Part shown: positions 20,813-31,513 of the stretch, piece after piece
Position numbering within the stretch: the first letter of the stretch is position 1
How the letters are laid out: every line of letters starts with the position of its first letter
Source: Promethearchaeota archaeon Loki_b32
GTDB taxonomy: Archaea; Asgardarchaeota; Lokiarchaeia; Sigyniarchaeales; SOKP01
NCBI GenBank assembly: GCA_005223125.1
Contig: NJBH01000017.1
Coordinates: forward strand, 1 to 64,000
DNA: 64,000 nt
Reading direction: 5' to 3'
Made by a program: the position numbers and the translations under genes
Notes under the pieces: generated by a model
Told to the model about the DNA's origin: nothing
Database searches by the model: none
The model's input: only the letters and a program-made list of their open reading frames with translations

Positions 20813-20976
20813 AAATTTTTATTGAAAGAATGAAATCAAATTATGTAATAGGTTAAATTTCTATACGATTTTATTAACTTAAGATTAAAGAAATTATTAT
20901 AAATTTAAATATATTAAATTTTGTAAAAAAAACAGTGAATTAATTAAAAAATATAAGAATATTATTTCAAAAATAA

Positions 20977-21846
20977 ATGACTATATATGAACTTAGTATT
21001 ATTTCTACTACTGGATTTCCTTACTTCAATACATTAATTAAACCTATCCCGGAAGGTGTAAAAATATTTCTTAGATTTTTTGATTTTTCTAAAGAAATGT
21101 CTATAGTTCAAGATCAACTAGATATGAACTCAAAATTCGACCTTACTGCGGGCTTAATATCGGCCCTTTTTGAATTTGCTAGAAATATTGATAAAAAAAT
21201 AGAAGTACTTGAATTTAAGCCTAAAAAAGAAAAAGAAATACATAAAGATTTCAAAAAAAAAGGGAAGTATCAAGGAGATGTATTAATCACCACACAGACA
21301 GAATCATTTCTATTACATAAATCAGTTAGAGAAAAAACCAAACTAATCTATACTAATTTTATAAATTCTAAAATTCCACTTGATTCTGCTGAAGTGATTT
21401 ATGAAAATGAAGAAAATAAAATAATTGACATTTTAACAGATTCCAAAGCAAGAAAAAAAATATCAAAACATCGAAATGATATTAAGCGTATCGCAAATGA
21501 TTTCTTGAGTGAAATGAAAGATTATGGTTTATGGGGTATTTGTATCACTTCTTTTGATCTTTCTCCATTAGTCACTTTTGGGAGAAAATATTCATTAGAA
21601 AATGTATATGAAATTTTAAGACATATTGGATATATTCCTGAAATAGTTCCTTTGGAATGGATATATAGACAATCTTTTTTTTCTGATGAACAAATTCAAG
21701 TTTGCATTGTTAAATCAAATGTTGGCCCTACAATTGAAAATATTTTGTTTGAACCATACTTTTATTTGCTGTTTGCAGATCCTCAGAGTTATTTTGGTGA
21801 GTTTCCAGCAAAACTTACTTCTTCTTTTAGTACAATTCTAGGATAG
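20977..21846 (+). CDS. hypothetical protein with an N-terminal longin/roadblock-like domain
   Basis: IYELSIISTTGFPYF...LTAGLISALFEFAR resembles the beta-beta-alpha start of longin-type domains. Confidence 0.5.
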   Translation: MTIYELSIISTTGFPYFNTLIKPIPEGVKIFLRFFDFSKEMSIVQDQLDMNSKFDLTAGLISALFEFARNIDKKIEVLEFKPKKEKEIHKDFKKKGKYQGDVLITTQTESFLLHKSVREKTKLIYTNFINSKIPLDSAEVIYENEENKIIDILTDSKARKKISKHRNDIKRIANDFLSEMKDYGLWGICITSFDLSPLVTFGRKYSLENVYEILRHIGYIPEIVPLEWIYRQSFFSDEQIQVCIVKSNVGPTIENILFEPYFYLLFADPQSYFGEFPAKLTSSFSTILG

Positions 21847-21920
21847 TAAAATATATTTACAAAGATACTATGAAAAGCTCTAATAAAATAAGATAAAAAA
21901 ATATAAAATTTAAAAAGTTT

Positions 21921-22691
21921 TTATCTAATTGATTTGTCAGCAGCTTCTATTATCTGAAAAAATGAATTTGCTTGTAGTGAAGCCCCTCCAACTAGGCCTC
22001 CGTCGATATTATTTTTATTAAACAAATCTTCTGCATTATCTGGTTTAATTGAGCCCCCATATTGTATTCTGATGGAGTCGGCAGTCTCTTTATCAAATTT
22101 TAGACTCAAAAGATCTCGAATGAACATATGAATTTCTTCTGCTTGTTCTGGAGTAGCAGTTTTTCCAGTACCTATCGCCCAGATTGGCTCATATGCTATA
22201 ACAGTTTTTATCATCTCTTCTTTTGAAAGATCTTTAAATGTTTCATTAATCTGATACTGTATAATATCTTTTGCTTTTCCCGTCTCTCTCTCTTCTAGAT
22301 GTTCCCCTATACATACAATGGTTTTTAAATTCATAGATAAAGCTTTTTTGAGTTTTTTATTAATTAAAGCATCTGATTCTTTAAAGATGTCTCTTCTTTC
22401 ACTATGGCCAAGAATGACAAATTCTACTCCAATTTCTTTTAAAAATTGTGGTGAAATTTCACCAGTATAAGCTCCTTTATCTTTATAATACATGTTTTGT
22501 GCTCCTAACTTGATGTCTGTATTCTTTAAAACCTTATAAGCACTAGTTAAAACTGTGAAAGGTGTTGCTATTACTATATCGACAGAATCAATTCCTTCTA
22601 CCTGTGGAATTAAACTTTCTAACATTTCTACTGTTTCATTGGGGGTTCCTCTATTCATTTTCCAATTTCCCCCAACTATAGGTTTTCTCAT
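21921..22691 (-). CDS. tpiA: triosephosphate isomerase (bacterial/eukaryotic type)
   Basis: GGNWKMN, ILGHSERR, AYEPIWAIGTG, YGGS, LVGGASL. Confidence 0.97.
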   Translation of the reverse strand: MRKPIVGGNWKMNRGTPNETVEMLESLIPQVEGIDSVDIVIATPFTVLTSAYKVLKNTDIKLGAQNMYYKDKGAYTGEISPQFLKEIGVEFVILGHSERRDIFKESDALINKKLKKALSMNLKTIVCIGEHLEERETGKAKDIIQYQINETFKDLSKEEMIKTVIAYEPIWAIGTGKTATPEQAEEIHMFIRDLLSLKFDKETADSIRIQYGGSIKPDNAEDLFNKNNIDGGLVGGASLQANSFFQIIEAADKSIR

Positions 22692-22817
22692 CTTTTTTCC
22701 TCTGAAATTTTATTAATTCTGCATTAATTTCACGGTATAATTCAATTATAGAATTAGTCTATAAAATTCTAACGAATCTTTAAATAAAATTTTCCAGCAA
22801 AAAGAAATAAGAAAAAA

Positions 22818-23321
22818 TTATTCTGTTTTAGGAAGTTTTTCACTTAATTTTGTTGCTTCTAATAATTTTTTTACTTCACTCACATCGGGATTCATGATTG
22901 CGGGTAATCCCAATTGAGTACGTCGCCTTTCAATAGCGGGTTGCATAGGAATGGCTTTGCCATGTTCCAAAACAGTTGAAGCTTGGCCAGTATAATGAGT
23001 GGGGGCTTCCCCTCGCTCCACGCTCATGTTTTTTAGAATTGTGAAAATTTCTGTAAGCTCAACTTTCTGAGGACATACTTCATCACAAGTATCACATACA
23101 GTACAACCCCAAATGCTAAATGAATTTTCTGAACCAAATATTTTTTCCTTAAGTCCTAATAAAGCATCTAAAATTAAACGTCTTGGGTTATATCTGCCTT
23201 CAGTTACTTGTGCTACAGGACACGCACCACTACAAGTAGCGCATTGATAACAATATGCGAGAGTATTACCAATATCATTACCAAGAATTTGATTTCTGAA
23301 ATTAAAATCTATAGTTGCCAT
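22818..23321 (-). CDS. hdrC: heterodisulfide reductase subunit C-like 2x[4Fe-4S] protein
   Basis: CYQCATCSGACP and CTVCDTCDEVCPQ. Confidence 0.85.
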   Translation of the reverse strand: MATIDFNFRNQILGNDIGNTLAYCYQCATCSGACPVAQVTEGRYNPRRLILDALLGLKEKIFGSENSFSIWGCTVCDTCDEVCPQKVELTEIFTILKNMSVERGEAPTHYTGQASTVLEHGKAIPMQPAIERRRTQLGLPAIMNPDVSEVKKLLEATKLSEKLPKTE

Positions 23322-23549
23322 TTGAGATGATCAGTTTGTAATAATATTATATAATATAACTTATTGTTGATTTTAAAATTAATTCTTTTAAAATCGCGTT
23401 TTTAAATTGGAATTAGTCTTTTCTTTTATTTATTTTTGGAGAAATGATTTTTTATTGTAAATGAAATTAATAAAAGTAATTAAATATTTATTCTCTCAAT
23501 AATATTTTAAAACAAACTTAATAGGAAATTATTTAAAAATTGAGATGAT

Positions 23550-23906
23550 ATGACAAATATAGAAGAACTAAAAGAATTTGGATTCGAAATTACGGAGGAA
23601 ATGAAACAAGGGAAGGTCATTATAGATGTCTATACCACATGGTGCGGACCCTGTCGTTTTTTAAGCCCAATTTTAGAAAAATTGGATGAAGAAGGATTAA
23701 TAAAGCTATTGAAAGAAGATCTTGATCAAAATAAACCTCTTGGAGAGAAATTTGGAATTACAGCAATACCTACACTCCTCCTCTTCAACAATGGTGAACT
23801 CTTGAATCATCCTATAGAAGTTCAAGGGCAATTACTTGTAAGAAATGGAATTATGGTTGGTTCAGCTGGAGAACAAGTTCTTAGAGAAGTAATTGAAAAA
23901 ATGTAG
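23550..23906 (+). CDS. trxA: thioredoxin
   Basis: WCGPC and AIPTLLLF. Confidence 0.9.
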   Translation: MTNIEELKEFGFEITEEMKQGKVIIDVYTTWCGPCRFLSPILEKLDEEGLIKLLKEDLDQNKPLGEKFGITAIPTLLLFNNGELLNHPIEVQGQLLVRNGIMVGSAGEQVLREVIEKM

Positions 23907-24170
23907 GCAATAACCTCAATTTAAAATTAATTTAAAAATTTCCAATTCCTTTTTAAAAAGAGATTATGGATCTCCTATATCAATGATAGATTTTCTGATT
24001 TTTTTGATGAAAATATTTAATAGATAATGGGATTAATTAATGGAAATTATCCTTAATTAATTAAAGAAACATAGTTTTAATAGAATTTAGACCTAATTTA
24101 GAAATCATACAAATAATCTATTAATCAGATTAAAAATTTTTTATTTAATGTAAGATTTCATAATAGAACT

Positions 24171-24683
24171 ATGAATTATTCAAGGAAAGATTTAGTACAA
24201 ACTGATGCCACTATGAATCAAATGCGTAACAGCATTTACATTCTAGAGCGCTTCATGGAAAAAAACGGAGTTCTTGATTTGAAAGAAAGATTAAGAAAAA
24301 TGGGACTAAATATAGCTAAAACTTATATTCGATACTGGAAACCAACAAATGTTGTCACAAGTTCGAATTTAAAAGATGTTATTACAACTATTTATCAAAA
24401 AGTACTTAACAGTTCTACTTCAATTGAAATAGATGATACGGAGAATTTAATTAGAGTTCAAGACTATAGATGTGCATTATGTAAATATCATTATGATGAT
24501 ATTGAAATTGCTGGATGTGAAATTACTTTAGGAATGGTATCTGGAATCATTTCTCTTATTAGTAAAGAATCTAGCGATCCTTCTTCTATATTTTTAGAAC
24601 CATATGAAGTAAAAGAATCTCGAGCATTAGGAAACAAAACATGTATTCAATTATATAAATACGAAATAGGGAGGAAACTCTAA
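24171..24683 (+). CDS. V4R / TRAPP Bet3-like protein
   Basis: LRKMGLNIA helix, CALC, GCEITLGMVSG, ESRALGNKTC. Confidence 0.65.
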   Translation: MNYSRKDLVQTDATMNQMRNSIYILERFMEKNGVLDLKERLRKMGLNIAKTYIRYWKPTNVVTSSNLKDVITTIYQKVLNSSTSIEIDDTENLIRVQDYRCALCKYHYDDIEIAGCEITLGMVSGIISLISKESSDPSSIFLEPYEVKESRALGNKTCIQLYKYEIGRKL

Positions 24684-24685
24684 AA

Positions 24686-26158
24686 ATGGGAGCATTTCAG
24701 TGGCTAATGAAGAAGATAACAAAAACTTTTGGGCGTTCTACTAACGCTTTATATTATACATTACTTTATAGAGAGGTTCTTAAGGAGATCAATGAGATTA
24801 CTAAAAATGAAGAAGATAGCTTAATTATCCTTAGAGAAATCGGAAAGAGAGCTGCTTATGAATCTTGTGAACGGCATTCAAGTATTTTTAAATTTATGCC
24901 AGGATCTCCTAAAAAAGTTTTGGATTATTTCGAGATTCTCTGGGTTGTAGTATTTGGGAGAGAACTAGAAGATTATACCTATGAAGAGATACTTAAAGAG
25001 GGTTCAAAATATAATGATTATGTTTTAAAAATCAAAAATTGTCCGATCTGCGCAGATTATGGCCAAGATAATGAAGATATCTTTACTTTTGAAAAGTTAA
25101 AGGATAGAAATACAGAAGGATTGGCTTGTGGACTTTGCGGAATGTTAGAAACTGTAGCTAACTTTATATTAAAAATAAAAAGGAATAATTATAGGATTCA
25201 AATTGTGGAACAAGCATGTATTGCTAAAGGAGGAGATTCCCTACAATTTATCTGTAAAATACACGATCTAAAAGAATGGAATGACCTTATGGATTCAAAA
25301 ATTCAAGAGAAAAGTATATTAAGAAAATATTTTGGAGAAACTATTAAAGAAGAAGAAATTGTTCAAGAAACTAAACTTGATATTATCGATAAACTACAAG
25401 ATATTATTTCAATTGACAAATTAGAGGAATATCTTGATGAACCATTAGAAGGTATTAAGGAGAGACTTTCAGATATCATTAAAGATAAATTGAATATGGA
25501 ACCCGAGCACTTTTTTGATTATTTTAGGAATTATGAGGATGACATGATTCGGATTATTGGGTACCTCGGAACTCATCTCTTAAATGAATATGGTGGATTA
25601 TTGGAAAAATCTCTCCAGAACGAATGGTTTGCAAAAATTCTTGGATATGTTTTTAAACAATTAAAAGAAATGACTTTATTATTCATTCCTCTTGATGTAA
25701 TACGAGATTATAATTTATTACTTGTAAGTTTTCTAGAGGGTTTAGCACCACAAGAAATGGTTGATAATGTGAAGCTCTTTACTGCCAAAGATACAATTAA
25801 CTATCTTTTTGATGGTGCCCAAATGGCTCTAGAAAATTTGGGTATTAATTTTTCTGAATTAAAAGAAAATATTTGGGAAGAATTAAAAGAAGAACGCGAG
25901 AACGGATTAATCTCGTCAGAAACATCTACTATTGATAGATCTCGTGAGAAAGTGCCTCAAATCATCAATATTATTCAAGAATTCTTGATGGTACTCAATG
26001 ATATACTAACTTTACCAATAAGAGTCTTAATATCAGAAAGCCATTATGGATTAAAAACAGCGATTAATTCAGTTGTATCTGAAGAAGAAGGTTTATATGG
26101 TTCAATTAGAGAACGTTTTGATAATATTTTTGATCAGATTCAAGAAGTAAGGAAGTAA
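24686..26158 (+). CDS. V4R / Bet3-like domain protein with a long helical C-terminal extension
   Basis: YTLLYREV...LREIGKRA, NCPIC, CGLCGMLE, EQACIAKGGDSLQF; 2 nt after the previous gene. Confidence 0.65.
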   Translation: MGAFQWLMKKITKTFGRSTNALYYTLLYREVLKEINEITKNEEDSLIILREIGKRAAYESCERHSSIFKFMPGSPKKVLDYFEILWVVVFGRELEDYTYEEILKEGSKYNDYVLKIKNCPICADYGQDNEDIFTFEKLKDRNTEGLACGLCGMLETVANFILKIKRNNYRIQIVEQACIAKGGDSLQFICKIHDLKEWNDLMDSKIQEKSILRKYFGETIKEEEIVQETKLDIIDKLQDIISIDKLEEYLDEPLEGIKERLSDIIKDKLNMEPEHFFDYFRNYEDDMIRIIGYLGTHLLNEYGGLLEKSLQNEWFAKILGYVFKQLKEMTLLFIPLDVIRDYNLLLVSFLEGLAPQEMVDNVKLFTAKDTINYLFDGAQMALENLGINFSELKENIWEELKEERENGLISSETSTIDRSREKVPQIINIIQEFLMVLNDILTLPIRVLISESHYGLKTAINSVVSEEEGLYGSIRERFDNIFDQIQEVRK

Positions 26159-26160
26159 TA

Positions 26161-27636
26161 TTACTGTTTTTTATCATTTCTTTCATATTTATTTACATTA
26201 TTTTTGTTTTCATTCTTTAATTTTTCAGTCTCATAAATTTCATAAAACCAATTTGTTATATATTGAAAGAAAAATCTTTCCCTTAAAATGTCATAATGGG
26301 ATTTTTCTTTTAGACTTGTCAATTTTGCAATATCTTCTGATTTTAATAGTCCTCTTGCAACTAAATCCATTCGAGCTTTATATTGATCCATCATTTTTAT
26401 TGGTCTCAAAATTGCATGAATTGCATTTGTAATTTTATTTTCAACTCTTTTGAGATTATTCTCTGAAAACTTTTGATATTCACCATCCTCTAATAGAAAA
26501 TTTTTAATATTTCTTAAAACGGACTCTTTTTCAAAATAACTGATTAATTCTTTTTTATCCAATGCATCGATAAGGTAGTTTACAACTTTTTCGATAGTAA
26601 TTTCTTTTATGTGTAAGTTTGTCATTTCTTTTCCCAATTTTTCAATAAATTGTGTTTTCAAGAATTTTTTAAACTTGATTATAATAGCTTTATTTTGTCT
26701 TGTATCTGAGCATATTTCAATTACTTCTCCTTTAGGAGTAGAATATGTAAAACCTAGACCCTGTGGTCCTAAACCTCCATGAAGAACCATGGATAAGTTA
26801 TAAAATTTATAGTTATTCTTTTTTAAAACTTTACTTAAATTTTTGATAATATTATTTGGAGATACAAGATGTTTCTTAATCTCTTGATTTTCATGTTCTT
26901 CTTCCGTATCATAATAAAATGTTCGATATCTATATAATACCTCAAATTCTAATAATTCTTTAACTTTATTGGTTAATTCTTCCTCATGTTTTTTAAATTG
27001 GCTTTCATTAAATGGATAATTCTCCTTAAAAACTTTAATAAAATTGTCAATTGGGCTTATATTTCTAACGCTAAGCCCATAAATAGAATATTGGTTAAAA
27101 AAAATATTCTTGATATAATGCATTAGTCCATCACGATCAGGAATAAAAGAAATTGGACTTTTTATAAAAAACTCGTAAAGTTCTTGAGGCATTACTTTAT
27201 AAACATATAAAATAAATGAATTCGACACTTTGCCAAATAAATCATTTAAATTTGCTAAAAACAAGGTATCTTTCTTAAGATTCCTTAGACTATATTTTTC
27301 TAAATTGCTTATATCTCTTTCTAAAAAATTATATTCATTACAAAATCTTAAAGTATCAAGGATTTCTCCTAATGCTGAAGTTTGATATCCAGTGGATATT
27401 TTATCAATGCTATTTAAAAGTAATTTTGAAATAATATCAAATCTGTTGGGAATTTTTTTAATATCAATAAAAAGATTGAAATCAACAGACGCATTGAATA
27501 ACAATTCGAAAGCTTTAAATTTCCTAGCTTTAAGACATTTGGTAAGTTTTTCGTAATAAACTCTTTCAAGTTTATTTTTATCTTTTATCTTTAATAATTC
27601 TGTTTTAAACTCGATAAAAAGTTGATTTGATATCAT
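26161..27636 (-). CDS. hypothetical protein
   Basis: 491-aa open frame with a Gly-rich motif HGGLGPQGLGFTYSTP; no family recognised. Confidence 0.7.
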   Translation of the reverse strand: MISNQLFIEFKTELLKIKDKNKLERVYYEKLTKCLKARKFKAFELLFNASVDFNLFIDIKKIPNRFDIISKLLLNSIDKISTGYQTSALGEILDTLRFCNEYNFLERDISNLEKYSLRNLKKDTLFLANLNDLFGKVSNSFILYVYKVMPQELYEFFIKSPISFIPDRDGLMHYIKNIFFNQYSIYGLSVRNISPIDNFIKVFKENYPFNESQFKKHEEELTNKVKELLEFEVLYRYRTFYYDTEEEHENQEIKKHLVSPNNIIKNLSKVLKKNNYKFYNLSMVLHGGLGPQGLGFTYSTPKGEVIEICSDTRQNKAIIIKFKKFLKTQFIEKLGKEMTNLHIKEITIEKVVNYLIDALDKKELISYFEKESVLRNIKNFLLEDGEYQKFSENNLKRVENKITNAIHAILRPIKMMDQYKARMDLVARGLLKSEDIAKLTSLKEKSHYDILRERFFFQYITNWFYEIYETEKLKNENKNNVNKYERNDKKQ

Positions 27637-27707
27637 AGCATTGCTATCAAGTCATAGGAAACCTATGAAAATAAAATTTTGTATAAAAAAATATTAATGA
27701 ATAATAA

Positions 27708-28079
27708 CTAATCTAATAATTCCGCGATTTTCCTAGAAACATTCTCAATATTTAAGAAAACCATCCCAAGCGAAGCATCATTTTTTGTAAGAGTACATAA
27801 TATAGCGTTTTCTCCTGCTTTTGATAAAATAATTTTGCCATCAACACCTTCTATAAGAATTCTCTTTAGATCTCCTCGAGCAAGTTCTTCTACGGCGCGT
27901 TCTGAAACACTTAAAATAGCAGCACTCATTGCACTTACAATCCCGTCATTAACATCTCTAGCAAGAACAGAACAGATGGGTAAACCTTGAACGCTAACGA
28001 TAGCGCTGCCTTGAATATCGGAGTTGACTGCTTCCATTCGCCTCAAAAGGTCAATGAGTTCGCTGATATTTTCACTCAA
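27708..28079 (-). CDS. Roadblock/LC7 (MglB-like) domain protein
   Basis: SAIVSVQGLPICS, VSAMSAAILSVSERAVEEL, ILIEGVDG, LGMVFL. Confidence 0.92.
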   Translation of the reverse strand: MSENISELIDLLRRMEAVNSDIQGSAIVSVQGLPICSVLARDVNDGIVSAMSAAILSVSERAVEELARGDLKRILIEGVDGKIILSKAGENAILCTLTKNDASLGMVFLNIENVSRKIAELLD

Positions 28080-28244
28080 AGATTTATCAACTTGAACAAA
28101 TAGTAGGTTATTGATCTAATAATATAATAATATTATAATATTATTTTTATTTTTAATTTTAATCTAATTTTAATAAAAACTTTATTAATAAAGTTAATAC
28201 TTATTTAAAAAATATTTTTATCAAAATCCACATTAGTTATTATA

Positions 28245-29222
28245 ATGACTGAGAATGAAAAAATAAAAAGCGAAACTCAAGAAGAAAAAAGTAAGGAAGA
28301 ATTGGATAAAGAAAAAGAAGAAAAATTAAAAATAGAATCACTTCAAAAAGCCGGGAAAATTGCACAAAAAGTTAAAGAGTATATCAAGCCTAAAATTAAA
28401 GTTGGGGCGAAAGTGTTTGATTTAATATCTGATACCGAAGCAAAAATCGAAGAATTAGACGGATTATGCGCTTTCCCTGTAAATTTAAGTATAAATAATA
28501 TTGCAGCACATTATACCTCTCCTATAAAAGACGATGGCTTAGAAATAACCGAAGAAGATTTAGTTAAGATTGATTTAGGAGTGCATATAAAGGGATATAT
28601 TGTAGATACTGCTTATTCTGTAAATTTTAATGAAGATGAATCACTTGAAAATATAATTCAAGCAACTGAAGTAGCTCTTAATGCTGCAAAGATGATGGTT
28701 AAGCCAAAAACAAATACCCAAGATATAGGTAAAAAAATTGAAGATATTGTTAAAGGTTTTAAATATAACCCAATTAGAGAACTTGGTGGTCATCAAATTG
28801 AAAGATGGACTGTTCATGGTAAAAAACAGTTACCCGAATTAGGATCTCAAGGTGGTGATATAATGGAAGAAGGTGAGGTTTTTTCTATTGAAATATTCGC
28901 TAGTACTGGTGAGGGCTCAGTTCATAACACCCAATATTCATACATTTATGAAATTAACCCTTATGCTGGGAGAGTACCATTACGCAGAAAGACGTCTAAA
29001 CAACTTCTTGGCTTTATTAATAAAAATTATAAAACTCTTCCATTTGCAGAGAGATGGTTAGCAAAAGAATTTAGGTTGGGGGTAGCTTTTGGACTTCAAG
29101 AATTAATACAACAAGGGAAATTACAAGCTCATTACGTACTATCAGAAAAAAAAGGTGCTTATGTAGCTCAATCAGAAGAAACAATCTTAGTAACTGAAGA
29201 TGGGTATGAACAATTAACTTGA
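28245..29222 (+). CDS. map: type II methionine aminopeptidase
   Basis: AFPVNLSINNIAAHYT, KIDLGVHIKGYIVDTA, LGGHQI, EIFASTG, AQSEET. Confidence 0.95.
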   Translation: MTENEKIKSETQEEKSKEELDKEKEEKLKIESLQKAGKIAQKVKEYIKPKIKVGAKVFDLISDTEAKIEELDGLCAFPVNLSINNIAAHYTSPIKDDGLEITEEDLVKIDLGVHIKGYIVDTAYSVNFNEDESLENIIQATEVALNAAKMMVKPKTNTQDIGKKIEDIVKGFKYNPIRELGGHQIERWTVHGKKQLPELGSQGGDIMEEGEVFSIEIFASTGEGSVHNTQYSYIYEINPYAGRVPLRRKTSKQLLGFINKNYKTLPFAERWLAKEFRLGVAFGLQELIQQGKLQAHYVLSEKKGAYVAQSEETILVTEDGYEQLT

Positions 29223-29263
29223 ATTAATCATTATTGATACTCACAAGACCTTTCTAATTCAAA

Positions 29264-30376
29264 ATGGATAAATTAAATATATGTTTCGTTTCTTTAACAT
29301 TTGCTCCTGATGCTCAAGACGGAGCAGCTAAATTTTTCACTGGGATTTATAATTATTTTAAAAATCAAGGTCATAATGTTAAAGTTATTACGGGGAAATG
29401 GAATAAAGAAATTTTAGATCCAGATATTTTACAAATTGAGATAATTAGAAGACGATTTTTTTGGTTTCCACAATTTAATTTACACACTATAAAATATCTA
29501 ATGAAAAATGAATTCGATATCATTCATGGAAACAGTCCTAAAGGAGTTTTGCCTATAATCTTAGCTAATAAGAAGCAATTCATATCTACGATTCATGATT
29601 TAGGCCCATTCGAGACGACCTTTACGAGAATTCCAATTGAAAAATTGTTGATTAAATACGCAGTTAACAAATCGACTTATATTACAACGTGTTCTGAATT
29701 TATAAGAAGAGAGATCAAGTATTACATACCAAAAGTTGCTATTAATAAAATCTTCAATCTCTATTCTGCGATTGAAGATAAATATAAACCTCTTCCTAAA
29801 GAAGCTCAAAAATTAAAAGAAGAATTAAATATAAGAGGCCCAATTCTTTTATATATAGGGCGTATAGCTAAATATAAAGGAGTAAGTGATATTATTAAAG
29901 CTTATCAAATAGCAAAAAAGGAAATACCTGAGCTTAATTTAGTCATGGGAGGTAAACCTGACTTTTACATGGAAAATACATACCAAGAATGGAAACAGAA
30001 ATACAAAGATATCTATTTTGCTGGTTTTATTTCTGAAAAAGAGATTCCTGCATATTATTCGATGGGAGATATATTTGTGACATATTCATATGCTTCTGAA
30101 GGGTTTGGTTTAACACCAGTCGAAGCGATAGCATGCGGAACTCCTGTTATTTGCTCATCAATGGTTGCTTATAGAGAGGTTTTAAAAGATAATGCCATTT
30201 TAGTGCCTCCTAGAAAACCTAAACAATTAGCAGAAGAAATTATTAATTTGTTGAAAAATGATTCTAAAAGACAAATGTTAATTGAAAAAGCTCAGGAATT
30301 TGTAAAAAGATATACATGGGATGAGGTTGGTAAAAGACTTGAAGTTCTTTATCAAAAATTTATCAATAATAAATAA
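29264..30376 (+). CDS. GT4 family glycosyltransferase
   Basis: YIGRIAKYKG, EGFGLTPVEAIACGTPVI. Confidence 0.92.
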   Translation: MDKLNICFVSLTFAPDAQDGAAKFFTGIYNYFKNQGHNVKVITGKWNKEILDPDILQIEIIRRRFFWFPQFNLHTIKYLMKNEFDIIHGNSPKGVLPIILANKKQFISTIHDLGPFETTFTRIPIEKLLIKYAVNKSTYITTCSEFIRREIKYYIPKVAINKIFNLYSAIEDKYKPLPKEAQKLKEELNIRGPILLYIGRIAKYKGVSDIIKAYQIAKKEIPELNLVMGGKPDFYMENTYQEWKQKYKDIYFAGFISEKEIPAYYSMGDIFVTYSYASEGFGLTPVEAIACGTPVICSSMVAYREVLKDNAILVPPRKPKQLAEEIINLLKNDSKRQMLIEKAQEFVKRYTWDEVGKRLEVLYQKFINNK

Positions 30377-30394
30377 AATTTAACTTGAAGTAGT

Positions 30395-31513
30395 TTATTT
30401 AGCTATAAGTCTGTTCTTTACATGTTGAAAGCAAATTACATTAGGATTATCAAATTGGTTAATTTTTTCTTTAAACGAACTTATCTTAAATCTATCTGGA
30501 GTAGGATTTTGATTAAGAATATCAATAGCTCTTCTACCTATTTGATTTGAATCTCGCAAATGTTCTAAAGGAAACCCATTATTTATTAAAAATTTATCCT
30601 GTGGAGCTGACTCTCCTGGAAAAAACTCTATACTAGGCACATTCAATAAACTAGATTCTCTCACAATTGTTCCTCCTCCGCTTATTACTAACGCTCCATA
30701 GAAGCATAAATCCAATAGATTTGGCAAATATTGGGTTATAATAACATTTCTTTCTTTACTAAGACTTTTAAGCCCTTTAGAAAGAAACATTTCTTGTTTT
30801 TTTGAACGAACCAAAAGGAAGTATTTATAATTAGGGAATTTTTTGAATATGGGGGGAAAAAACTTTTTTATCTGAGTTTCTTCCGGTTTAATTTTATGAA
30901 TTAGATATGAAGCATGAGTGGGTTCAGTTCTTATTATAACATATTTTCCTTTTTCTACATTAATATTTTTAAGAATATCTGGATTGGGAGTGTATTCTGA
31001 AATCCATGCAATCTCATCAAGACCATTATACCTGATAATTTTCTTTGGATCAGCATAAAGTTTTATATACAAATCTTTAGGTATGCATTCGGGAGTGATA
31101 ATATTTTCAATATAAGGGTGTATTAATTTACATACAGGTTCATTTCGCGGTTCATCATTAAATCCTATCGAAGGAATTTGTAATCCATATGCGATCCTTG
31201 TACCTTCTACAGAAAGAAAAGTAACAAAATAATCGGGTGAAAATTTCTTAATTACAGGAAAAAGTTGATTCAAACGGTTTATATAGGTATTTAACTTTTC
31301 TTCTAGTTTTTCACCACCATGTTTTCCAATTTTTTTGTATTTTACTCCAAAATCATCTAGAATTTGGTATGTAGAATCATAATCTCGGGCTGTGATTAAA
31401 AGCTCTGGATCTTCTTTTTCAAACAATTTAAATAGTGAATTAAACATTATGGCAGTTTTAGGTTGTTCAACGTCAATCCATATTCTTTTTCCAGAAAGAC
31501 TCATAGTAAGCAC
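30395..31513 (-). CDS. DUF354 family GT-B fold protein
   Basis: IWIDV, ITARDY, IGKHGG, GGGTIVRESSLLNVPSI. Confidence 0.8.
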   Translation of the reverse strand: MLTMSLSGKRIWIDVEQPKTAIMFNSLFKLFEKEDPELLITARDYDSTYQILDDFGVKYKKIGKHGGEKLEEKLNTYINRLNQLFPVIKKFSPDYFVTFLSVEGTRIAYGLQIPSIGFNDEPRNEPVCKLIHPYIENIITPECIPKDLYIKLYADPKKIIRYNGLDEIAWISEYTPNPDILKNINVEKGKYVIIRTEPTHASYLIHKIKPEETQIKKFFPPIFKKFPNYKYFLLVRSKKQEMFLSKGLKSLSKERNVIITQYLPNLLDLCFYGALVISGGGTIVRESSLLNVPSIEFFPGESAPQDKFLINNGFPLEHLRDSNQIGRRAIDILNQNPTPDRFKISSFKEKINQFDNPNVICFQHVKNRLIAK

